Below, piece after piece: positions 50,372-59,726 of a DNA stretch of 64,000 nt. This DNA comes from Bacteroidia bacterium (GTDB lineage: Bacteria; Bacteroidota; Bacteroidia; AKYH767-A; OLB10), in the NCBI GenBank assembly GCA_023262505.1, contig JALRAP010000006.1:42-64041 (forward strand). The letters are read 5' to 3'. The notes under the pieces are model-generated. The model did no database searches, was not told the origin of the DNA, and worked only from the letters and a program-made list of their open reading frames with translations. Position numbers and translations under genes: made by a program. Numbering within the stretch: the first letter of the stretch is position 1; every line of letters starts with the position of its first letter.

Positions 50372-50950
50372 CTATTTGCGGTAAAAGTTCATTTCGTCAA
50401 GATATCGGTACACCTCTTGGGGAAGCATGTATCGCACATCCTTCTTATGGGCGATGGCGTTACGGATAAATGAGGCTGATATTTCCATTAGTGGCGTACC
50501 GGTGACCAATTTTACTTTCGGGTGGTTGGAAAGTCCGCCGCCATCATGATTCGGGCGTGGATAAACATACAACTCATGCTCCTGTAAAATGCTTTCCCAG
50601 TTTTTCCACTTGTGCAGGTTTTCAAGATTATCGGTACCCATGATAGGAACAAATTGCCTTTCGGGATATTCTTCACGCAAATACGCTAACGTGTCTACCG
50701 TATAGGAGGGCCGGGGTAGTCCGAATTCGATTTTGGACGCCTTAAGTTTCGGGTAATCCCCCACAGCTATGCGCACCATTTCAAACCGGTGATAGTCTTG
50801 CAACAAAGAGGCTGATGGTTTGAGCGGGTTCTGCGGAGATACCACCAACCACACTTGTTCCAAATCGGTGAATTCGGCCATATATTGGGAAATCACCATG
50901 TGTCCGACATGAACCGGATTAAAGGAGCCGAAGAAAAGGCCTGTTTTCAT
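50372..50950 (-). CDS. nadD: Nicotinate-nucleotide adenylyltransferase
   Basis: GLFFGSFNPVHVGHM is the (H/T)xGH motif. The internal Met start gives a 4-bp overlap with gmk. Confidence 0.9.
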   Translation of the reverse strand: MKTGLFFGSFNPVHVGHMVISQYMAEFTDLEQVWLVVSPQNPLKPSASLLQDYHRFEMVRIAVGDYPKLKASKIEFGLPRPSYTVDTLAYLREEYPERQFVPIMGTDNLENLHKWKNWESILQEHELYVYPRPNHDGGGLSNHPKVKLVTGTPLMEISASFIRNAIAHKKDVRYMLPQEVYRYLDEMNFYRK

Positions 50951-51519
50951 TTTGTGGATAGGAAGCGTTGCACGAGATCGAAAGCATCTTTGCATGCTTG
51001 TTCTATGGTCGTGTTTACGATGGTGTGGGTGAATTGAGGGCCGTACTCGAGCTCTAGGGCCGCTTTGCCTATACGTCGTTCGAGGCTTTCGGGTGTTTCG
51101 GTAGCTCTTGCCACCAAACGCTTGCGCAGGTCGTCGGGCGATGGTGGCCTAACGAAAACATCCAGCAGATTTGCTCCGTATTTTTCCTTGATATGCATAC
51201 CACCCTCAACATCCACATCAAAAAGCGGCACTTTGCCTAATGAGTTGATGCGGTCGACCTCGGTTTTGAGGGTTCCATAAAAGCCGTTTTCATACACTTG
51301 TTCCCATTCCAAAAAAGCATCGTGCTCAATGCGCTTTTTGAATTCGTCAACCGAAATGAAATAATAATCACGACCATCTATCTCGTTGGGTCGCTGCTTG
51401 CGGGTGGTGGCCGATACAGAGAATGACAATTGAGGGATGTGCTCCAACAGGTATTTCACGATGGTGGTTTTTCCGCTACCGGACGGACCACAAAAGAGTA
51501 TCAATCGAGGCTGACTCAT
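50947..51519 (-). CDS. gmk: Guanylate kinase
   Basis: LILFCGPSGSGKTTIVKYLL P-loop and TTRKQRPNEIDGRDYYFIS. Confidence 0.95.
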   Translation of the reverse strand: MSQPRLILFCGPSGSGKTTIVKYLLEHIPQLSFSVSATTRKQRPNEIDGRDYYFISVDEFKKRIEHDAFLEWEQVYENGFYGTLKTEVDRINSLGKVPLFDVDVEGGMHIKEKYGANLLDVFVRPPSPDDLRKRLVARATETPESLERRIGKAALELEYGPQFTHTIVNTTIEQACKDAFDLVQRFLSTK

Positions 51520-51522
51520 AAC

Positions 51523-51816
51523 TTATCCGAAAATCCTTTCAGCGTTTTGCATCATGAATACTGTGGCTGCTTGCAATAATATCGAACCCATCAACTTTAA
51601 ATCAAATGAGCGTCGATGCACCCACATGGCATACAGCGAAACCATCATCAGAAGCAATAAAAAAAGCATCATTGGAAGTATCGTAATTTCCCGGATGGCA
51701 CCAATCCAAGCATGCTGCGGCTCATGTACTACGGTGAGGTATGACATTACCACGAAATACGCCAGCACCGAGATGGATGCCATCAATAAGAATCGCGGTT
51801 GTGTTATTTTATTCAT
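51523..51816 (-). CDS. Small hypothetical membrane protein (97 aa, 3 TM)
   Basis: Hydrophobic segments LLMASISVLAYFVVMSYL, ILPMMLFLLLLMMVSLYAMWV and ILLQAATVFMM. Packed between gmk and yicC. Confidence 0.45.
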   Translation of the reverse strand: MNKITQPRFLLMASISVLAYFVVMSYLTVVHEPQHAWIGAIREITILPMMLFLLLLMMVSLYAMWVHRRSFDLKLMGSILLQAATVFMMQNAERIFG

Positions 51817-51822
51817 TGCAGA

Positions 51823-52695
51823 TTAGAGAATGTTAGCCGTTTGCTCTTTCATCTTTTCCAACTCATCCTTCATTTCAACCACGTGCCTTTGTATGCTGGC
51901 GTCGTTGGCTTTAGATCCGATGGTATTTATTTCTCGACCAATTTCCTGTAGGATGAATCCGAGCTTTTTACCGGCAGACTCTTTGCCTCGCAAAACCTCG
52001 TCGAAGTAATCCAAGTGTGCTTTAAGGCGCACCTTTTCTTCGGTTATATCGATTTTCTCCAGATAGTATATGACTTCCTGTTCAAAACGGTTTCGGTCGA
52101 TTGAGGTGTTGTTAGAGATTTCAGCCAAGCCTTTATCCAATCGTGAGCGTACGGCGTCCATGCGGGCGGGCTCGGCCTTTTCAATTTTCTTCAGCAGTTC
52201 GCGGATGTTTTTGATTCGCATCTCGAAATCCTTGTGCAACACCTTGCCTTCACGTTCGCGGAATTCCTGAAACTGTTTCATGGCGGAGTTGAAAAGTTTC
52301 ATCACCGACTTCCACTCCTGTTCACTGGCCACATTTCGCTCGGTATTCAAAGCATTGGGAAGTCGGAGTATGGTGGAAAGTTCGTCTGTGCTGGACATCT
52401 TGGTGGTTTTGCAAACCGATTTCAATTCCTTGGCGTAGGCTTTGATAATCTCAACGTTGAAAACCTCGGAAGAGGCGTCGGGGCCGGGCTCGATAGAAAT
52501 GGTCACATCTATCTTACCTCGCTCGGCTTGTTTGGAAACTTCGTTACGCAAGTCCATGTCCTTGTCGCGATAAGCGATTGGTAGGCGCGTATTCATCTCA
52601 AGTGATTTGCTGTTGAGGGAGCGAATCTCGACCGAGATGCGGTTTCCGGCGTGGCTTCCTACGGATTTGCCAAAGCCGGTCATGGAACGTGTCAT
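51823..52695 (-). CDS. yicC: YicC/YloC-family stress-induced protein
   Basis: MTRSMTGFGKS...ISVEIRSLNSK and the C-terminal DUF1732-like region. Confidence 0.85.
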   Translation of the reverse strand: MTRSMTGFGKSVGSHAGNRISVEIRSLNSKSLEMNTRLPIAYRDKDMDLRNEVSKQAERGKIDVTISIEPGPDASSEVFNVEIIKAYAKELKSVCKTTKMSSTDELSTILRLPNALNTERNVASEQEWKSVMKLFNSAMKQFQEFREREGKVLHKDFEMRIKNIRELLKKIEKAEPARMDAVRSRLDKGLAEISNNTSIDRNRFEQEVIYYLEKIDITEEKVRLKAHLDYFDEVLRGKESAGKKLGFILQEIGREINTIGSKANDASIQRHVVEMKDELEKMKEQTANIL

Positions 52696-52719
52696 GCGGA
52701 ATTTTTCCGCTAAGTTAAA

Positions 52720-53622
52720 TCATTTCGATTTGTTGACCGAAAATCTGTCGGAAGCCAGAAACACCCCCGTAAAGATGAGTGCTGCTGCTACCAAATAGGA
52801 CGTTTGTAATGTGTCTTTTCCGAACATGATGGCGAACATCACTGCAAAAAGCGGCTGCAAGTAAATATATACGCTTACTTCCGATGGCGAAAGTTTCTTG
52901 AGGGCATAAGTATTGAATACATATGCTAGCGTTGTGGTTCCAATGACCACAAATGCCACCATGGCCCAAATGCGTCCATCAAAAGTATGCCACGGGATAA
53001 TGTTGAATTCCGACCATCCGAAAGGGAAAACAAGCATGCTACCGAACATGAAAACCCATTTCATGACCGTTACTGTTGAGTATTTCGACATCAGGGGTTT
53101 TACCATGATCAGGAATACGGCGAACGATAAGGAGTTAATCAAAATGAAAACATCACCTAATGCATGGCCAGCCAATTCGCTGTCTGATGCGCGCGAAAGA
53201 ATCAGTGAACAAGCGCCTGTGATTCCCAATACAATCCCAATAATACGAATGGAGGTGATGCGGTCCTTTAGAATGATGGCTGCCGCGATAAGTACCATGA
53301 TGGGGTTGGAGGTCATCATCAATGCGGCGCTAATCGGCGTGGTGATGTCGAGTCCTTTGAAAAACAATAGCTGATTGATGGCCACACCGAAAACAGCGCA
53401 AAGGAAAAGCCGCCAACGATCCCGAAGCTCCACCTTTTCGCCGCCAATGACCAAATCGGTTATGACAAACAAAAGCGCTGTGAACAATACACGCAACATG
53501 ATGAAACCGAAAGGTTGTATGTATGCGGGCATCACCTCTTTCGCCACGCTGTAGTTGGCACCATAAATCAGATTGGCCGACAATACCGCCAGGTGGGCAC
53601 CAATCTTTGAGTTGTTACTCAT
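52720..53622 (-). CDS. EamA/DMT-family transporter (10 TM)
   Basis: Two EamA half-domains (ANLIYGANYSVAKEVM... and LIMVKPLMSKYS...). 300 aa. Confidence 0.85.
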   Translation of the reverse strand: MSNNSKIGAHLAVLSANLIYGANYSVAKEVMPAYIQPFGFIMLRVLFTALLFVITDLVIGGEKVELRDRWRLFLCAVFGVAINQLLFFKGLDITTPISAALMMTSNPIMVLIAAAIILKDRITSIRIIGIVLGITGACSLILSRASDSELAGHALGDVFILINSLSFAVFLIMVKPLMSKYSTVTVMKWVFMFGSMLVFPFGWSEFNIIPWHTFDGRIWAMVAFVVIGTTTLAYVFNTYALKKLSPSEVSVYIYLQPLFAVMFAIMFGKDTLQTSYLVAAALIFTGVFLASDRFSVNKSK

Positions 53623-53628
53623 CCGTTA

Positions 53629-55104
53629 TCAGCGCTTCTGATCAACCGTTATTCGGTCTGGACGGTTGGCCAACTCCCAAGCGGTTGAAAAGACCAGTTG
53701 GGCAATCGATGCCGTCTTTACATAATCTAGTTTATCGGCCGTATCGGTGGGTTTGTGGTAGTCGTCGTGCAAACCGGTGAAATAAAAGATTGCAGGTACG
53801 CCTTTTTTCACAAAGCTGTAATGATCGGATCGATAATACAGCCGCATGGGATGTGATTCGTCGTTGTACGTATAATCGAGGTTTATCTGACAACAGGTAT
53901 TGTTGGTGGATTCGCTCAACTGATGCAGGTCCTTGCTCATCTTATCCGAGCCGATGATATATACGTATCGATTGTCTTTTCGGGATACCGTATCAACCCG
54001 ACCAATCATGTCAATATTGAGATTGGCTACGGTTTGCTCCATGGGTATTGGTGGGTTCTCGGTGAAATAGGTGGAACCCAGCAGACCTTTTTCTTCGCCT
54101 GTGAACAACAGGAACAGGATGCTTCGTTTCAAAACCACTGATTGTCGCTTCGCTTCGGCGAAAGCCGCTGCCAGGTTCATGACGGCTGCAGAGCCTGATC
54201 CATCATCATCGGCACCATAATAAATAACCGAATCGCGCTTCCCCAAATGATCAAGGTGTGCAGTTACCAGGATATATTGGTCTCCCGCATCGCCACCAGG
54301 CAAAATACCACCCACATTGTAACAGGTAGTGCGGTATCCGTTTATCTTGATGGTGAAGTTCTCTTTAAGGTGAATGATGGGGGATGATGATCCCTTTTCG
54401 CGTTTTGATTTTTTTCTGATGTCTTTATAAACAGATGGTGAGATATGGCATACAGGTGGTTGAGCAGATGATTCCTGTTTTACCAATGCCAGCATACCGC
54501 TGTTCATCCTTCTGATTTGCCTTTTTTCCCGATCACCATCGAAGTTCCGTTCCACTACTATGGCGGCCACCTTCGATACACTCAGCTTCTTCACACTTTC
54601 ATTGATCAGGTTGTTGAGGGAATCATCCGTGATGTTCTTCATATGGGAAGTGAGTAACAACACCATGCTTTGTTTGGTGATGTTTACAGTGTTTGGTAGT
54701 GTATCAATGGCACAAACCCAGAACGCTTTACCGCTGACGAATAAAGGATTTGAGTGTCCCGGTGGCATCATATAAAAACCCTTCCCGGCTTCGTACATGT
54801 TTTCACCAAAGCCAACATCGTATGAATTCACATTCCATTTCACAAATGGAACCTCCTGACGGTATGACCCATTGAAAGGAGGTTTGAGTCCGAAAGACTG
54901 GAACTGCTTTTCTACATATGAAACAGCCTTTTGCATACCCGGTTCCGCCGTTTCACGTCCTTCGATGCTGTCGGATGCCAAAACCTCCACGTGTTGGCCC
55001 AAAGTGGCCGGATTTACTAGCGGTGCAAAATCAGCTACACTTTGAGCAGAAAGTAGTGTTGTCTGGAATAAGAATGCCAGAAACAATGCGAGGCGTAAAT
55101 ACAT
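53629..55104 (-). CDS. M28-family peptidase (secreted)
   Basis: Signal peptide MYLRLALFLAFLFQTTLLSAQ (internal Met start). LVTAHLDHLGKRDSVIYYGADDDGSGSAAVMNLA and FLLFTGEEKGLLGS. Confidence 0.8.
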   Translation of the reverse strand: MYLRLALFLAFLFQTTLLSAQSVADFAPLVNPATLGQHVEVLASDSIEGRETAEPGMQKAVSYVEKQFQSFGLKPPFNGSYRQEVPFVKWNVNSYDVGFGENMYEAGKGFYMMPPGHSNPLFVSGKAFWVCAIDTLPNTVNITKQSMVLLLTSHMKNITDDSLNNLINESVKKLSVSKVAAIVVERNFDGDREKRQIRRMNSGMLALVKQESSAQPPVCHISPSVYKDIRKKSKREKGSSSPIIHLKENFTIKINGYRTTCYNVGGILPGGDAGDQYILVTAHLDHLGKRDSVIYYGADDDGSGSAAVMNLAAAFAEAKRQSVVLKRSILFLLFTGEEKGLLGSTYFTENPPIPMEQTVANLNIDMIGRVDTVSRKDNRYVYIIGSDKMSKDLHQLSESTNNTCCQINLDYTYNDESHPMRLYYRSDHYSFVKKGVPAIFYFTGLHDDYHKPTDTADKLDYVKTASIAQLVFSTAWELANRPDRITVDQKR

Positions 55105-55108
55105 TTGA

Positions 55109-55552
55109 TCAGATTTCAATTTTTTCCGTCCTACGTTCATGTCGACCACCTTCGAAAGCGGTTTTCAAGAAAGTTTCCACCATTGCAAATGCTTCATCGC
55201 TTGAAACGAAACGTGCAGGAATACAGATGATATTGGCATTATTATGCAGCCTGGCCAAAGAGGCGATTTCCTTGGTCCAACACAAAGCAGCACGAACACC
55301 CATGTGTTTATTGGCACACATGCAAACACCGTTTCCACTGCCGCAAATAAGAATACCCATTTGTACGTCGCCCAGGCTGACCGATTTAGCTACTTCATGT
55401 GCATAATCGGGGTAATCGACAGATTGGTCCGAAAAACAGCCTTTGTCATGCATGATGAATTCAGGTGAAATCTGAAGTAGACGGCTTTTTAGTTCTTCTT
55501 TCAGCTGGAAACCGGCGTGATCTGAACCTATGGAGACTTGGTTGGTTATCAT
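55109..55552 (-). CDS. rpiB: Ribose-5-phosphate isomerase B
   Basis: VSIGSDHAGFQLKE and GILICGSGNGVCMCANKHMGVRAAL. Confidence 0.9.
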   Translation of the reverse strand: MITNQVSIGSDHAGFQLKEELKSRLLQISPEFIMHDKGCFSDQSVDYPDYAHEVAKSVSLGDVQMGILICGSGNGVCMCANKHMGVRAALCWTKEIASLARLHNNANIICIPARFVSSDEAFAMVETFLKTAFEGGRHERRTEKIEI

Positions 55553-56069
55553 GGTTTATATGTAAAGGTTTGAATTTTAAACGATAAGGTAAATTACCAT
55601 GTAAAATTAGATAATTAACAACCTCATCCGCTTTATCAACAATTAACTTTGAGGAAAAGCTTGAAATCTGGTTTACAAGGTTTTGGATGGATGGGTAATC
55701 AACAATGATTCCGTTGAAAAACAAAAAACATCTTCATAACTATTGAAATCAAATCCTTGCGAATATGTAAGTCCTTGAACAGTTGATTTGATAGAAAATG
55801 TACTTGGATCAACCAACATCTGTTTTATCTGAAATACCAACAACATTCATAACAAAACAGCGACAGAAAAAATAAACACTCAGATCATATCATGGATTGT
55901 TGGAAAACCTTTAAACAACTAGAAAACAAACAGGAAGTATGTTGATAAACGTCAATACATTGTTGATATCTGCTCATAACCTAGTAAGTCAATGTGTGGT
56001 ATGATTATTTTTCAACGGTATTAACAGGCTAATAACATCAACATTTAATTATTTAAAAAAAGTTTATAT

Positions 56070-57656
56070 ATGTTAATGTTTGGTTTGTATCGGTGTTGGT
56101 TATCGTTTCGGTTGATGATATTTGCGCTGTTGTTTCAACCCACCATGCGGACCGCCCTTGTTTTGATTTGGTTTTTTGTTGCCATGGCTTCGGTCCATGC
56201 GCAAGATACCACTTCGTTAAATCCGAATGGTTACAACCGTTTTTTCTACCCCAACAAAGTTTTGCAGAGCGAGGGTATGTTGGTGAATGGAAAACCGGAG
56301 GGCATATGGAAGTCATATCACGAGAATGGAATTCTTCGCTCTGAAGGTTTGCGTAGAGCAGGAAAATCAGATTCCACGTGGAAATTTTTTTATGACTCAG
56401 GTGTGTTGCAATCATTGATTTTTTACGAGGAAGGAAACAAGAAATCACAGACAGATTTTTATCCCAACGGTAACAAAAGCAGTGAGGAGTTTTTTGAAAA
56501 GGGAATCAAAAACGGAACAGCGGTTTACTTCCATGAAAGTGGAGCCAAATCCAAGGAACTGGTTTACCAGAATGGAAAAAAGGAAGGAAAGTGCATTGTT
56601 TTAGCAGAGGATGATGGACGTATTATCTCTTTCATCACGTATAAAAACGATTTGATTGCATCGGAAGAGAAATTGAATCGAAAGGATAAGTTCGGAGCCA
56701 AACAAGGAATATGGAAGGAATTCTTCGCATCAGGTAAAGTGAAAACCGAATGGACATACAAGGATGATTTACTCAATGGATCTGTGCGATATTTCGGTGA
56801 AGACGGATCGGTAAAGAAAATGGAAGTGTACCGGAACGGACAAATCGTGGTAGATAACACACCTGATGTGAAGTTGGAGATTGAACGTGATTATCACAAT
56901 AACGGAAGAGTGAAATCTTCGGTCAACATCATCGATGGTAAGAAACAAGGTGTTTACAGGGAATACAGCCGCACTGGAGAAATTACAGCATCCAAAATGT
57001 TTTCTAACGACGAAGTGAGTGGTGAAGGAATCGTGGATGAAAACATGTTGATGCAGGGAAAATGGAAAATGTATTATCCAGGCGGTAAAATCAAATCCGA
57101 AGGTGAATACAAAGACGGAAAACGCACTGGAAAATGGTTGTTCTATTACATCAACGGAGCACTCGAACAAGAGGGTTCATATAACAAGGGTAAACCCGAT
57201 GGTAGCTGGGTCTGGTACCATGTGAATGGAAAAACCTTGCGTGAGGAATATTATATTGGTGGACGTGAAGATGGTGAGATGAAGGAATATGATGGTTCAG
57301 GTAAAACCATTGCCACCGGACAATATGTGGATGGACTCAAAACAGGCAAATGGGAATTCAAGAGCGATAGTTACCGTTACGAAGGAAGTTATACCGACGA
57401 TGCACAAACAGGCACTTGGAAAGGGTATTTTGATAATGGTAAGAAGGCTTTTGAAGGCGATTATTTGAACGGATTGGAAAATGGCGAGCAACGGTATTAT
57501 TACGATTCCGGCAAGTTGCGAGAGGTCCGCAATTACAAATTAGGTTTACCCGATGGCGAATGGAAATCGTTCGATGAAGAGGGAGAACCAATACTTTTCA
57601 CTACTTACAGGGCTGGAGTAGAGGTAAAGTTCGACGGAACGCGCATCGATAAATAA
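56070..57656 (+). CDS. MORN-variant / YwqK-family repeat protein (secreted, about 20 tandem repeats)
   Basis: Signal-anchor, then repeated G...G.W..YY.NGKL..EG.Y.NGK.DG.W units throughout. Confidence 0.6.
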   Translation: MLMFGLYRCWLSFRLMIFALLFQPTMRTALVLIWFFVAMASVHAQDTTSLNPNGYNRFFYPNKVLQSEGMLVNGKPEGIWKSYHENGILRSEGLRRAGKSDSTWKFFYDSGVLQSLIFYEEGNKKSQTDFYPNGNKSSEEFFEKGIKNGTAVYFHESGAKSKELVYQNGKKEGKCIVLAEDDGRIISFITYKNDLIASEEKLNRKDKFGAKQGIWKEFFASGKVKTEWTYKDDLLNGSVRYFGEDGSVKKMEVYRNGQIVVDNTPDVKLEIERDYHNNGRVKSSVNIIDGKKQGVYREYSRTGEITASKMFSNDEVSGEGIVDENMLMQGKWKMYYPGGKIKSEGEYKDGKRTGKWLFYYINGALEQEGSYNKGKPDGSWVWYHVNGKTLREEYYIGGREDGEMKEYDGSGKTIATGQYVDGLKTGKWEFKSDSYRYEGSYTDDAQTGTWKGYFDNGKKAFEGDYLNGLENGEQRYYYDSGKLREVRNYKLGLPDGEWKSFDEEGEPILFTTYRAGVEVKFDGTRIDK

Positions 57657-57791
57657 CTACTGTTTTTTTATTAAGTAGTTGATTTTTAATTGTTTTTATT
57701 AAATTTAAGCATGGTTTTCTTTTAAAATCATGCGAAATCTTACACTTGTAACAATATATTTCACTGAAAATCAAACCTAAAACACAATTGA

Positions 57792-59693
57792 ATGTATAAT
57801 AGGCTGTCTATGAAAAATCTGTTTCTACTGGTTGTTATCACGGCAATGATCCATGGCGATTTATTCAGCCAGGATAATAGTCCATTCACCAGGGCGCAGA
57901 AACTGCAACGAACACTCGCATACAGCGAAGCTATTCCGCTTTACTTGAAAGCGCTGGATCAAGATCCGAACAAGCCTGAAGCATTGCGTGGCATAGGTGA
58001 GTGTTTTCGTTTAACCAATCAAACCGAACAGGCCGAAACCTATTACCGTAAGTTGGTAAATGGCGGTAAAAGCGTTGAACCAAACGATAAGTTGAGATTG
58101 GCTCAAATGCTGATGGCAAACGCCAATTATACAGAAGCACAGCAGTATTTTACCGAATATAGTTCAACAGCTTCTGCAGACGAACGCGCAAAAAACCAGT
58201 TGGAAGCGATTCACATGTTGGATTCGTTTTTGAAAGACAGTCTTCGATATAAAGTCACGAACGGAAAATTCAATTCAGCCAATTCCGATTTTTCGCCAGT
58301 GCGATTTGCCGATGGTTTCGTTTTTGTGTCCTCTCGCGGAAGAGGGGGTATGAAAGATAAGACACATTCCTGGACAGGTGATCCTTTTCTTTCACTCTTT
58401 TATGCAAAAGGAAGTTTGGAGCAAATATCAAACGTATCTCCTTTTGCAGAGGAGTTGAAATCCGAATACAATGATGGCCCTGCTTGTTTCAGCGCCAAAG
58501 GCGATGAAATGTTCCTTACGCGCAACAACGGCAAATCGCTGAACAGAAACGATAAAACCGCTCGACTGAAGATCGTGGTTTCGAAGTTGGAAAACGGTAA
58601 ATGGTCTGAAGCAGCGGATTTACCATTCAACCGAGCTCAATATAACACTGCACATGCATGTTTGTCGATAGACGGCAAGCGACTTTATTTTGCTTCCGAC
58701 ATGCCGGGTGGCAGCGGTGGAATGGATATTTATTATTCAGACCGCATAGAAAGTACTTGGTCTGATCCAATAAATATGGGCAAGCAAGTAAATACCAGTG
58801 GCAATGAGGCTTTCCCTTACATTGGTCCCGATGGTTTACTCTACTTTTCTTCGGATGGTTGGCCAGGTCTTGGTGGATTGGATTTGTTCAAAATCGATTT
58901 GAACGCATCTGAAAAACCTCGAAATGCAGGATACCCTATCAATACACACAAAGACGATTTCGGTGTTTGGTTTTCTGCCGATATGAAATACGGCATGTTG
59001 TCATCTAACCGTAAAGGCGGTAATGGTGATGATGATATCTGGATGCTCGAGTTTATCAACAAGTTGGTTATTTACGGAACGGTTGCCGACAAGGAAACAT
59101 TGGTGCCGATACCAAATGCCCCTGTGGTGTTGAAAGACTCTTCCGGAAACGTTGTGGCCACAGCGGTTACTGATGCAAACGGAAAGTACTCCTTGGAAGG
59201 CGAATTCAACATGGACTATTCCGTTTCCTCCAATCCCGACGGCTGGTTTGCGGGTTCCAAGGATTTTTCCACAAAAGGAATCAACAACGACTCAATGGAA
59301 GTGAACTTACTGTTGGAGAAAATCATAATCAACAAACCCATCGTGCTCGAGAACATTTATTACGACTTGGACAAGTGGAACATCCGACCCGATGCCGCAA
59401 TTGAATTGGATAAGCTAATCAATATTTTAAATGACAATCCAAAAATTGTTATAGAGCTCGGTTCTCATACCGATAGCCGTGCCCCTGATTCATACAACAT
59501 GGCATTATCGGATCGAAGAGCCAAATCGGCCGCTGATTACATCGTTAAAAAGGGCGGCATAGATTCCTCTAGGATAACAGGCAAGGGTTATGGGGAAACC
59601 ATGTTGGTCAATCAATGCAAAAACAAGGTGCGCTGTTCAGAAGCAGAACACCAAAAGAACAGAAGAACGGAATTCAAAGTGGTGAGCCAGTAA
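57792..59693 (+). CDS. OmpA-family protein with N-terminal TPR region and TolB-like (PD40) beta-propeller repeats
   Basis: TPR-like helices near the N-terminus. Repeated SPV.FADG / GG.DIY PD40-like units. C-terminal OmpA LGSHTDSRAPDSYNMALSDRRA...NRRTEF. Confidence 0.8.
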   Translation: MYNRLSMKNLFLLVVITAMIHGDLFSQDNSPFTRAQKLQRTLAYSEAIPLYLKALDQDPNKPEALRGIGECFRLTNQTEQAETYYRKLVNGGKSVEPNDKLRLAQMLMANANYTEAQQYFTEYSSTASADERAKNQLEAIHMLDSFLKDSLRYKVTNGKFNSANSDFSPVRFADGFVFVSSRGRGGMKDKTHSWTGDPFLSLFYAKGSLEQISNVSPFAEELKSEYNDGPACFSAKGDEMFLTRNNGKSLNRNDKTARLKIVVSKLENGKWSEAADLPFNRAQYNTAHACLSIDGKRLYFASDMPGGSGGMDIYYSDRIESTWSDPINMGKQVNTSGNEAFPYIGPDGLLYFSSDGWPGLGGLDLFKIDLNASEKPRNAGYPINTHKDDFGVWFSADMKYGMLSSNRKGGNGDDDIWMLEFINKLVIYGTVADKETLVPIPNAPVVLKDSSGNVVATAVTDANGKYSLEGEFNMDYSVSSNPDGWFAGSKDFSTKGINNDSMEVNLLLEKIIINKPIVLENIYYDLDKWNIRPDAAIELDKLINILNDNPKIVIELGSHTDSRAPDSYNMALSDRRAKSAADYIVKKGGIDSSRITGKGYGETMLVNQCKNKVRCSEAEHQKNRRTEFKVVSQ

Positions 59694-59726
59694 TCAAAAG
59701 CTGCTTCCACAACATGCATATCACCC

